From assembly GCA_046719555.1 (NCBI GenBank), contig JBDNCR010000001.1, positions 1-25,180 on the forward strand: 25,180 nt of DNA. Direction: 5' to 3'. Both the position numbers and the translations under genes were made by a program. The stretch comes from Verrucomicrobiia bacterium. GTDB taxonomy: Bacteria > Verrucomicrobiota > Verrucomicrobiia > Methylacidiphilales > CALFVM01. This document shows positions 1 through 9,175 of the stretch, in pieces; position 1 is the stretch's first letter, and each line of letters begins with the position of its first letter. The notes under the pieces were generated by a model that made no database searches, was not told where the DNA came from, and worked only from the letters and a program-made list of their open reading frames with translations.

Positions 1-1
1 C

Positions 2-598
2 CTGGCTGTCGACCTTGGCGCAGGGTTCGGCATGCACAGCATCCCTCTCGCGCGGGCTGGATTTCGAGTCGTCTCGATTGATACCTCGGAGTTGCTGCTC
101 TCGGAGCTTTCGGCACTGGCTGGCGACCTCTCCATTGACATCCGCTGCGGCGATTTGCTGGATTTCGCAACCTTTTTGCCTGCGGACTTACGACCCCGAC
201 TGATTCTCTGCATGGGCGACACGTTGACTCATCTGGACGATTTCAACTCGGTGCGCCGACTGGCCCAGATCGTTGCCGAGAATCTTGAAAGGGGAGGACG
301 ATTCTTGGCGACTTTTCGGGACTACACCCAGCTTCCTCGCGGGGATGCGCGCTTTATCCCCGTGCGGAGTAGCGACGACCGCATCTTCACATGTTTTCTG
401 GAGGAACATCCGGAACACGTCCAGGTTCATGACATTGTGCATGAGCGTCGAGAGGGAGGTTGGACGACCCGGGTTAGCAGTTATCGCAAGCTAAGGCTCG
501 ATCCGGAACGGGCTCGGCAGGCCTTTGTCTCGCTTGGCCTAAAGGCCAAGGTTGAGCCAGGGCCCCGTGGCATGCAGCGGCTGATCGTTGACGCCTAA
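2..598 (+). CDS. Class I SAM-dependent methyltransferase, 5'-truncated by the window edge
   Basis: The frame is open from base 2 and reads LAVDLGAGFGMHS (SAM-binding motif I, D/ExGxGxG) upstream of the ATG at 32, so that ATG is internal. Also VVSIDTS (motif II acidic residue), CGDLLDF, ILCMGDTLTHL and LERGGRFL (post-motif). Substrate unknown. Confidence 0.85.
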   Translation: MAVDLGAGFGMHSIPLARAGFRVVSIDTSELLLSELSALAGDLSIDIRCGDLLDFATFLPADLRPRLILCMGDTLTHLDDFNSVRRLAQIVAENLERGGRFLATFRDYTQLPRGDARFIPVRSSDDRIFTCFLEEHPEHVQVHDIVHERREGGWTTRVSSYRKLRLDPERARQAFVSLGLKAKVEPGPRGMQRLIVDA

Positions 599-1061
599 CC
601 TCTCGCGGCTCGGCTTGAGCGTTGGGAAAAGCTTCAGAAGCCGCGGGGTTCGAATCATTTCTGAACCCAAGGAGCGTGGCGAAGCGAAAGGTTTCTACTT
701 GGCTTGATTCCAACAGAAGGAATTCCGATGTCTTCGGCTCAGAGGGCTTTTCTCATGGACCTTCGGTTGAAGGGCATCTGCCGAACTCGGTGATTCAGGC
801 GATGAGAGTTTTCCGCAAACGGAACAAGCTCCGCAACCGGGCCGGGCCCAAGGCAAGGGTCGGCCCGCCATCGAGTTTGGGTTGATGGCACCCCTGCCAG
901 GACGATTTTGATGTTCCCGCTTTGTCCGGTGATGGATAGAAACAGGATTGCTGATCCATGCGATGCGCTGGATGGTGCTTGGTGACCCCCTCCCCTCCGT
1001 GGTCGGTGGGGACTGAGCATGAAGCGCATCGCGGGGCGGTGAAGGAGTTTATCGCGATCGA

Positions 1062-1850
1062 ATGAATCCAACGACATTGCCTTTGGAGGATACGTTCTCC
1101 GACATTTTGGGTAAGGCGGCCCGGGCTCAGGGGGTGGAGGAGGGAGCGCTGGGTCGGTTGGCCTTGGGCGAGTGGGACCCGGCTTTGGCCGAGACGGTGT
1201 GCCGACGCTTGGGGTTATCGTTTCCCGCTCTGGCGGCGATTGCGGAAGGCCGCTGGCGGCCGACCTCCCCTGCCCTGCCCGACGGGCTGGCGGGTTTCAC
1301 CACACCGTTCGGGGACATGACGGTGAATGCTTTCCTGGTTTGGGATCGGGCAACGGGCGCGGCCGCGGTGTTTGACACCGGCGGGGATGCTTCGGCGCTG
1401 TTGGCCGAGGTGACGCGGTTGAAGGTCCGTGTGAAGGTTTTGTTCCTGACCCACACGCATGGAGATCATGTGTTGGAGGTGGATCGGGTGGCGGAAACGA
1501 CCGGATGCCAGGTCCTGGCTCCGGAGGGTGAACCGTTGGCGGGTGCGGAGATGGTCCGAAGCGGTGAGACGGTGGCGGTCGGGGGCCTTCAGGTGGAGGC
1601 GCGCCCGACGCCGGGACATTCGCCCGGCGGAACGACCTATTTGGTGCATGGGTTGCGGGCGCCGGTGGCGGTGGTGGGGGACGCGATTTTTGCCGGGTCG
1701 GTCGGGGGAATCCGGGGCGATTATGCGGCGGCCTTGGAGGCCATCCGTCGGGAGATTCTTTCCCGTCAGGACAACACCTTGTTGTGCCCAGGACATGGTC
1801 CCCTAACGACGGTGGGCCAGGAACGGGCGCACAATCCTTTCTTCGCATGA
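1062..1850 (+). CDS. MBL-fold metallo-hydrolase (glyoxalase II/YcbL-like) with ~65 aa N-terminal helical extension
   Basis: THTHGDH (HxHxDH), TPGHS, VGDAIF and CPGHG metal-ligand motifs, plus the C-terminal ERAHNPF typical of GloB-like proteins. GAAGGAG lies upstream at 1041-1047. Confidence 0.9.
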   Translation: MNPTTLPLEDTFSDILGKAARAQGVEEGALGRLALGEWDPALAETVCRRLGLSFPALAAIAEGRWRPTSPALPDGLAGFTTPFGDMTVNAFLVWDRATGAAAVFDTGGDASALLAEVTRLKVRVKVLFLTHTHGDHVLEVDRVAETTGCQVLAPEGEPLAGAEMVRSGETVAVGGLQVEARPTPGHSPGGTTYLVHGLRAPVAVVGDAIFAGSVGGIRGDYAAALEAIRREILSRQDNTLLCPGHGPLTTVGQERAHNPFFA

Positions 1851-2764
1851 AACCGGGGCCGTTGCGGATTGGGGTGGTCGGGGTGGGACGGATGGGGGCG
1901 AATATGGCCCGGCGGTTGAAGGATCGGGGTCACTTGGTGACCGCCGTTTTTGATGTGCGGTCGGAGGCGGCCCAGGAGTTGGCCAGGGAGTTGGGGGCGG
2001 AGGCTCCCGACCGGTTGGCCGGGGTTACGACGGCTGCGGAGCTGATCTTCACGGTGGTTTCGGATGATGCAGCGATGCGAACGATCTTTGCTTCGGAGGG
2101 GGATTCGTTGCGGGTTGGAGCGGAGGGACGTATTTTCATCAATTGCGCGACGGTTTCGCCGGGGGTGCATCGGGAGGTGGAGGCTCAGGCCCGGGCGGTG
2201 GGGGCCCGGACGTTGGAGGCGTGCATGGCGTCCAGCATTACCCAGGCGCGGGACGGGACGCTCTATCTGATGTGTGGTGGGGATCGAGCCGTGTTTGAGG
2301 AGGTCAAGCCGGTGTTGGAGGACTTGGCGGTGAGCGTGCGCTGGGTGGGAGAAACAGGGCGGGCGGCGCAGGTCAAGGCGCTGGTCAACATGGTGATGAA
2401 TATCAACACGGCCGGTTTGGCTGAGGGTCTGGGCCTGGCTGAGGCGTTGGGGCTCGATCTGACCATGGTCAGAGAAGTGTTTTCGCAAACCGGGGCAGCG
2501 TCCCGGGTGTTGGAGACCGATGGGGCCGATATGCAGAACCGGGACCACGCCTGCTTTTTCTCTGCGGCTCATGCGGCCAAGGATTCGGGCATTGCGCTCG
2601 AGTTGGCGCGGGAAGTTGGCTTGGATTTGCCGCTGGCCCGGGCGACGCTGGAGCAGTTCCGCGAGATGGTGGCGCGGGGTCTGGGCGAGTTGGATAAATC
2701 GGGCGTGGCCGAGTTGACGTTCCGGGGTCGAGGTGCGGCAAGCGGAGGATCCGGGCCTCGGTGA
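1847..2764 (+). CDS. NAD(P)-dependent oxidoreductase, 3-hydroxyisobutyrate/beta-hydroxyacid dehydrogenase family (305 aa)
   Basis: IGVVGVGRMGANMA Rossmann motif, FINCATVSP, catalytic-Lys region QVKALVNM, and AAKDSGIA. The start is placed at ATG 1847 because it overlaps the MBL stop (ATGA); the ORF track's 1784 start is an upstream extension. Confidence 0.9.
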   Translation: MKPGPLRIGVVGVGRMGANMARRLKDRGHLVTAVFDVRSEAAQELARELGAEAPDRLAGVTTAAELIFTVVSDDAAMRTIFASEGDSLRVGAEGRIFINCATVSPGVHREVEAQARAVGARTLEACMASSITQARDGTLYLMCGGDRAVFEEVKPVLEDLAVSVRWVGETGRAAQVKALVNMVMNINTAGLAEGLGLAEALGLDLTMVREVFSQTGAASRVLETDGADMQNRDHACFFSAAHAAKDSGIALELAREVGLDLPLARATLEQFREMVARGLGELDKSGVAELTFRGRGAASGGSGPR

Positions 2765-2765
2765 T

Positions 2766-3827
2766 TTAGGGCGCGGCGGGTTGCTGCTGGGTGACGCAGT
2801 GGAGGGCGCCCAACCCGGCGGCGACGTGCGTGCATTCGATGCCGATGACTTGGCGATCAGGGAAGCAGCCGCGGAGGATGTCGAGGGCGAGTTGGTCTTG
2901 GGGACAGGAATAGATGGGGACCAGGACGGCGGCGTTGCCGATGTAAAAGTTCGCGTAGCTGGCGGGGGAACGGCCGAAGGGGCCTTCTTTGCGCGCGGGC
3001 ATGGGCAATTCGATAATCTCAAAAGGATCGCCCTGAAGGTTACGTGCTTGGCGGAGGGTATCGAGGTTGCGTTGGAGCGGTTCGTGATTGGGATCGTCCG
3101 GGTTGGGTTCGACGGCGGTGACGATGGTGTTGAGGCCGACAAATCGGGAGATGTCGTCCACGTGCCCGTCGGTGTCGTCCCCTTCGATGCCGTCGTCGAG
3201 CCAGATGATGTCCGAGACGCCGAGGTAGGTTTTGAGGCGAGCCTCAATTTCAGCCTGGGAAAGGTGGGGGTTGCGGTTGGGGTTGAGGAGGCATTGGCGG
3301 GTGGTGAGCAGGGAGCCAGCGCCATTGACGTCGATCGAGCCGCCCTCGAGGACGAGGTCGTGGGCAAGGACCGGGCAGCCGAGCATGGCGGCCAGGCGGC
3401 GGGGGATGATGTCGTCATCGTCCCAGGGGCCATATTTTTTTCCCCAGGAGTTGAAGACGAAGTCGTTGGCGACCAATCGGGGTTGGCGGGTGTCGCGGGC
3501 GACCAGGAAGATGGGGCCGGAGTCGCGCATCCAGGCGTCGTTGTTGGGGATGACGTGAACCGCGACGCGTTCGGGGACAGCGGCGGAGGCACGGAGCCGT
3601 TGACGGATTTCGTCGGCATCGCGGGGGCTATTGGCCAGGAAGTGGACAGTTTCGCCGGGGCTGAGGAGTTCAGCCATGCGGATCCAAACGGCTTGGACTT
3701 CGGGGAGGGATTCGGGCCAGGTCTCCGCGTTGGAGGGCCAGGCGAGCCAGGTGGCGTCGTGGGGCTCCCACTCGGCCGGCATGCGATAGCCGGAGAAGTC
3801 GAACTGGGCAGGGTCAAGGGCGGTCAT
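2766..3827 (-). CDS. aguA: Agmatine deiminase (peptidyl-arginine deiminase family)
   Basis: RMPAEWEPHDATWLAWP, DAWMRDSGP, LEGGSIDVNG, DTDGHVDD (catalytic His), ASYANFY and GALHCVTQQQP (catalytic Cys). Coupled to aguB by an ATGA overlap. Confidence 0.92.
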   Translation of the reverse strand: MTALDPAQFDFSGYRMPAEWEPHDATWLAWPSNAETWPESLPEVQAVWIRMAELLSPGETVHFLANSPRDADEIRQRLRASAAVPERVAVHVIPNNDAWMRDSGPIFLVARDTRQPRLVANDFVFNSWGKKYGPWDDDDIIPRRLAAMLGCPVLAHDLVLEGGSIDVNGAGSLLTTRQCLLNPNRNPHLSQAEIEARLKTYLGVSDIIWLDDGIEGDDTDGHVDDISRFVGLNTIVTAVEPNPDDPNHEPLQRNLDTLRQARNLQGDPFEIIELPMPARKEGPFGRSPASYANFYIGNAAVLVPIYSCPQDQLALDILRGCFPDRQVIGIECTHVAAGLGALHCVTQQQPAAP

Positions 3828-4702
3828 GCGTCGAGGTAGCGGGAGGTGATGGGTCCGTAGGCGTCGATGCGCCGGTCTCGGAGGAAGGGCCAGTGTCGGC
3901 GGGTGCGATCGACTTCAGCCAGGGGACAGTCAACGAGGAAGGTTTCCTCCCGGTCGTGGGGGGCGAGGTGGAGGAGTTCGCCGAACGGGTCGGAGACGAA
4001 ACTGCCGCCCCAGAAGTTGAGGCTGCCTTCAGGACCAACCCGGTTGACCGAGGCGACAAAGACCCCGTTGGCGATGGCGTGGGCGCGTTGGATGGTTTGC
4101 CAGGCGTTGTATTGGGCTTGGCGGATGGCGGGGTCGGTCTCGGCCTGAGCCCAGCCGATGGCGGTGGGGTAGAAAAGGATTTGGGCGCCGGAGAGGGCCG
4201 TGAGTCGGGCCGCCTCGGGATACCATTGGTCCCAGCAGACGAGGACACCGATTTTGCCGAAGCGGGTGGTGAAGGTTTTGAAGCCGAGGTCGCCCGGGGT
4301 GAAGTAGAATTTTTCGTAGAAAGCGGGGTCGTCCGGGATGTGCATCTTGCGATAGATGCCGAGGAGGGAGCCATCGGCATCGAGCACGGCGGCGGTGTTG
4401 TGATAGAGGCCCGGGGCGCGACGTTCAAAGAGGCTGGCAACGATGACGATGCCGCAATCTTGGGCGACGGAAGCAAGGGTTTCGGTGCTGGGGCCGGGGA
4501 TCGGCTCGGCCAGGTCGAAGGTGTCCACGTCTTCGGATTGGCAGAAGTAGAGGCTGCGGAAGAGCTCTTGGAGGCAGACGATCTGAGCGCCGCGGGCGGC
4601 GGCGTCGCGGATTCGGTCCACGGCCTTGGCGAGGTTGTCGGCAGGGGCGGCCGAGCAGGACATTTGGACAAGGCCAAGGCGGACGGTGGGAGAATCAGGC
4701 AT
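3824..4702 (-). CDS. aguB: N-carbamoylputrescine amidase (carbon-nitrogen hydrolase/nitrilase family), 292 aa
   Basis: Glu-Lys-Cys triad motifs CLQELF, YRKMHIPDDP and VCWDQWYPE, plus YPTAIGW and QRAHAIANG. Adjacent to aguA. Start is placed at MPDSPTVRLGLVQM (4702). Confidence 0.9.
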   Translation of the reverse strand: MPDSPTVRLGLVQMSCSAAPADNLAKAVDRIRDAAARGAQIVCLQELFRSLYFCQSEDVDTFDLAEPIPGPSTETLASVAQDCGIVIVASLFERRAPGLYHNTAAVLDADGSLLGIYRKMHIPDDPAFYEKFYFTPGDLGFKTFTTRFGKIGVLVCWDQWYPEAARLTALSGAQILFYPTAIGWAQAETDPAIRQAQYNAWQTIQRAHAIANGVFVASVNRVGPEGSLNFWGGSFVSDPFGELLHLAPHDREETFLVDCPLAEVDRTRRHWPFLRDRRIDAYGPITSRYLDA

Positions 4703-4750
4703 GGTGGGTTCCGGGTTGGAGGGCTCCGTTTTTAGGCCGCCGAGCGCCGG

Positions 4751-4779
4751 TTGCACAAGAGGGAACGTCGCGATAGGCT
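4751..4779 (+). promoter_or_regulatory. Candidate sigma70 promoter TTGCAC-N17-TAGGCT
   Basis: -35-like TTGCAC at 4751-4756, 17-nt spacer, -10-like TAGGCT (TAnnnT) at 4774-4779. The predicted +1 falls at about the ATG at 4787. Confidence 0.45.
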
Positions 4780-4786
4780 CCGCGCC

Positions 4787-5842
4787 ATGGAATCGTTACG
4801 GGACGATGATTTGGATTGGCCGTATGCGCGGGCGCGGTTGTGGACGGGAATTGTATCGATCGGGTTTAATTTGGGGTTGGTCTGGGCGTTGTGGTGGTGG
4901 GTGGGGGGGCAGGCGTGGGCCTCGACGGTTCCGACGCCGCTGACGGCGGTGGTGATCATGGCGGGGGTCTTTATTGGCATCGCGCTGGTGAACCTGCCCC
5001 TGGATTGGGTGACGGGCTATTGGGTTGAACGTCATTATGGGCGGGGCACCAGGAAGATGGGAGCGTGGCTGGGGAATTGGGTGAGCGGGATGAGCGGGTT
5101 GCTGCTGATCCAGGTTTTGGGAGGGATGTTGTTCGGGGCCTGGCTGTTTAATTATCCGTTTGCCGGCGCGGTGTTGGTGCTGTTGCCGGGGATTTATGTG
5201 GGGTTGAAGATCTGGCAGTTTCATTGGATTCCGGCCCGGTTGAAGCGTCCGGCCGAGTGGAAGCCGGGTTATGCGGAGGGGGTGCGAGCGGAATTGAAGC
5301 GGATGGGGGGCAGTTGGCCGGAGGATTTGTATTTGTATCGGGCAGAAGACCCGACGTTGGTGAATGGGGGGCGGGTTGGGATGGGAACCCACACACGGTT
5401 GATGGTGAGTGATGCATGTCAAGAGCACTTAACCCCAAGGGAGCTGGCCCTTCTGATCCACCGGGAGGAGGGTCTGGATCGGGCGAACAGTGTGGGGCGC
5501 AACTTGGATCTGAGCATGCTTTGGGTGTTGGCTGGGATTCTTGGGTTGATCGCTTGGGTGGGGAGCTGGGGTTGGGTTGGGTGGAGCACCTGGTTTTTTG
5601 CGCTGGCTTGGATGACGACGTGGCATTGGCTGGGGTTGTTTGTTTTGCCGTGGTTGGCGCGGCGAGAGGTGTTGTTTGGGGACCGGTGGCTGGCGCGGAA
5701 TGGATCGTCGAAGGAGGAGGTCCGGGCGTTGGTGACAAAGTTGCAGGCGTTGAACCGGACCGATCGTGAATTACCTCCGGTGACCGAGGCGGTGTTTCAT
5801 CCGATTCCGAGTTTACAGACCCGATTAAGGAACCTCACATGA
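4787..5842 (+). CDS. Ste24/M48-like integral membrane protein with degenerate zinc site (probable pseudo-peptidase), 351 aa
   Basis: Multiple TM segments. Ste24-like blocks NLPLDWVTGYWVERHYG, LYLYRAEDPTLVNGGRVGMGTHTRLMVSD, HLTPRELALLIHREEGL (in place of L.PEE..AVLAHELGH), ARREVLFGDRW (in place of SR..E..AD.F) and HPIPSLQTRLRNL. Confidence 0.75.
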   Translation: MESLRDDDLDWPYARARLWTGIVSIGFNLGLVWALWWWVGGQAWASTVPTPLTAVVIMAGVFIGIALVNLPLDWVTGYWVERHYGRGTRKMGAWLGNWVSGMSGLLLIQVLGGMLFGAWLFNYPFAGAVLVLLPGIYVGLKIWQFHWIPARLKRPAEWKPGYAEGVRAELKRMGGSWPEDLYLYRAEDPTLVNGGRVGMGTHTRLMVSDACQEHLTPRELALLIHREEGLDRANSVGRNLDLSMLWVLAGILGLIAWVGSWGWVGWSTWFFALAWMTTWHWLGLFVLPWLARREVLFGDRWLARNGSSKEEVRALVTKLQALNRTDRELPPVTEAVFHPIPSLQTRLRNLT

Positions 5843-5972
5843 ATGTCATTCCGCGAATTACCTTTATTTTGAGTGGGCTGGTGTTGAACATGATCCAGCG
5901 ATCCCTTCACTGCCATGCGGGCAAGCCACAGAGCTGGTTTTTGCCGCCGAACTGGAGTTAAGTGGAGTTTAC

Positions 5973-6638
5973 ATGGAGGCGCCGGTGATTTCGTGTCCGC
6001 GTTGTCCGGCCCTCCCGGCAGGACTGGCTGAGGCGGCCCGGCTGCTGGCGGGCCGGTCGTCGTGTCGGTTTGGTCAGCCTTGGGCCGAGGCAGTGGAGGG
6101 GCGGTTCCGTCCAGGATCGGTGGCGTTGGCGTGGGATGGGGATCAGTTGGGGGTGTGGGCCGATTTGGACGATGACGATGTGTTCAACGAGGGTTCCGAT
6201 TCGACTCAACCGTTGTGGGCCTTGGGTGATGTGTTTGAGATGTTTCTGCGTCCGTTGCCTGGGGAACGGTATGTGGAACTTCATGTGACGCCGGAGAACG
6301 TGCAGTTGCGGCTGGCTTTTCCGTCCGAGTTGTTTTTCTGGCGGGAGGCGATGTTTTATGGGCGCAAGCCTTGGGTATGGAACCATGCTTTGGGCGAAGA
6401 GGCGTTCGGGTCGGAGGCGAGCCGACGGGACGGGGGCTGGCAGGTGTGGGCGCGGATTCCGTGGGCGACGTTGACCGGCGGAACGGTTCCGGGGGTGGGC
6501 GAGGTCTGGTCAGGGTGTTTCTGTCGCTACGATGCGACGCGGGGGGAAACCGAGCCGGTGCTGTCGACGACCGGGGCGCATCGGCGGAGGATGTTTCATG
6601 ATCAGCGGGGATGGAACCGGATTGAGTTTGAGGGCTGA
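5973..6638 (+). CDS. Carbohydrate-binding family 9-like (CBM9/DOMON-like) domain protein
   Basis: WDGDQLGVWADLDD, LWALGDVFEMFLRP, YVELHVTPEN, WQVWARIPW and W..CFCRYD resemble the CBM9-like beta-sandwich pattern. SD GGAG lies just upstream of the ATG. No signal peptide. Confidence 0.65.
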   Translation: MEAPVISCPRCPALPAGLAEAARLLAGRSSCRFGQPWAEAVEGRFRPGSVALAWDGDQLGVWADLDDDDVFNEGSDSTQPLWALGDVFEMFLRPLPGERYVELHVTPENVQLRLAFPSELFFWREAMFYGRKPWVWNHALGEEAFGSEASRRDGGWQVWARIPWATLTGGTVPGVGEVWSGCFCRYDATRGETEPVLSTTGAHRRRMFHDQRGWNRIEFEG

Positions 6639-6682
6639 ATTTGGGGCTTGATTGGCGGGGTGGGGAGGAGGACGATTCCGGA

Positions 6683-8734
<2,052 letters not shown>

Positions 8735-8857
8735 ATCGGCGGGTGGGATGGGCCCTGGCCGTGGGTTTGATGGACGCTAGTGCCCTTTGAGACCGCGCGG
8801 TCGGGCGGAGGGAACGCCGACCGGGATGCTTGGGAGCAGCTCCGATTTGTTGCTCGT

Positions 8858-8885
8858 TTGACACACCCCGGTCACAGAGGATGAT
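8858..8885 (+). promoter_or_regulatory. Weak candidate sigma70 promoter TTGACA-N16-GATGAT
   Basis: Perfect -35 TTGACA at 8858-8863 and a 4/6 -10 match at 8880-8885, about 14 nt before the ATG at 8900. Confidence 0.3.
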
Positions 8886-8899
8886 CAGGGTGCCCGGGC

Positions 8900-9175
8900 A
8901 TGAAAAAAATTCTTCTGGCGTTTGTTCTGTGCTTTTCCCCCAGCCTTTGGGCCGATGTGTATTTCGGGCCTGCATCGTCTTCCGGCACCTTTCGCGGTGA
9001 GATTACGGCGATTGAACCTGGGCGGGAGTCGATTACGGTTCGCTCGGCAGAGAACACGGTGAAGATGTTTCACGTTCCGGCGAATCGGATTGGTCGATAT
9101 CAGACGGGGCAGGTGGTGACGGTTTCCTACGAGGAGGCTTACGCCTGGCCTTTGCGGACGCGTTCGATCCGCTGA
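8900..9175 (+). CDS. Small secreted protein, probable OB-fold (DUF1344/CusF-like pattern)
   Basis: Sec signal [18 protein letters not shown]|D. The mature part [17 protein letters not shown]...F.V....[14 protein letters not shown] follows the G.I..ID.....ITL....L..GxxVxVxY OB-fold pattern. Family assignment is by eye only. Confidence 0.65.
   Translation: MKKILLAFVLCFSPSLWADVYFGPASSSGTFRGEITAIEPGRESITVRSAENTVKMFHVPANRIGRYQTGQVVTVSYEEAYAWPLRTRSIR

Noticed and set aside
647-656. GGTTCGAATC resembling a tRNA T-loop
   Set aside because: No T-stem pairing, acceptor stem or anticodon arm can be built around it, so there is no support for a tRNA or a tRNA-derived att site.
622-1077. Small ORFs 622..885 (+) and 739..1077 (-) in the long spacer
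   Set aside because: No recognisable motifs, they overlap each other, and neither has convincing start context; not called as genes.
1766-3839. Long alternative ORFs 1766..3817 (-, 683 aa) and 2733..3839 (+, 368 aa)
   Set aside because: They are frame-shifted or antisense shadows of aguA and the dehydrogenase. They are low-complexity (Pro/Ser/Thr or Gly/Val/Asp), have no family motifs, and are expected in GC-rich DNA.
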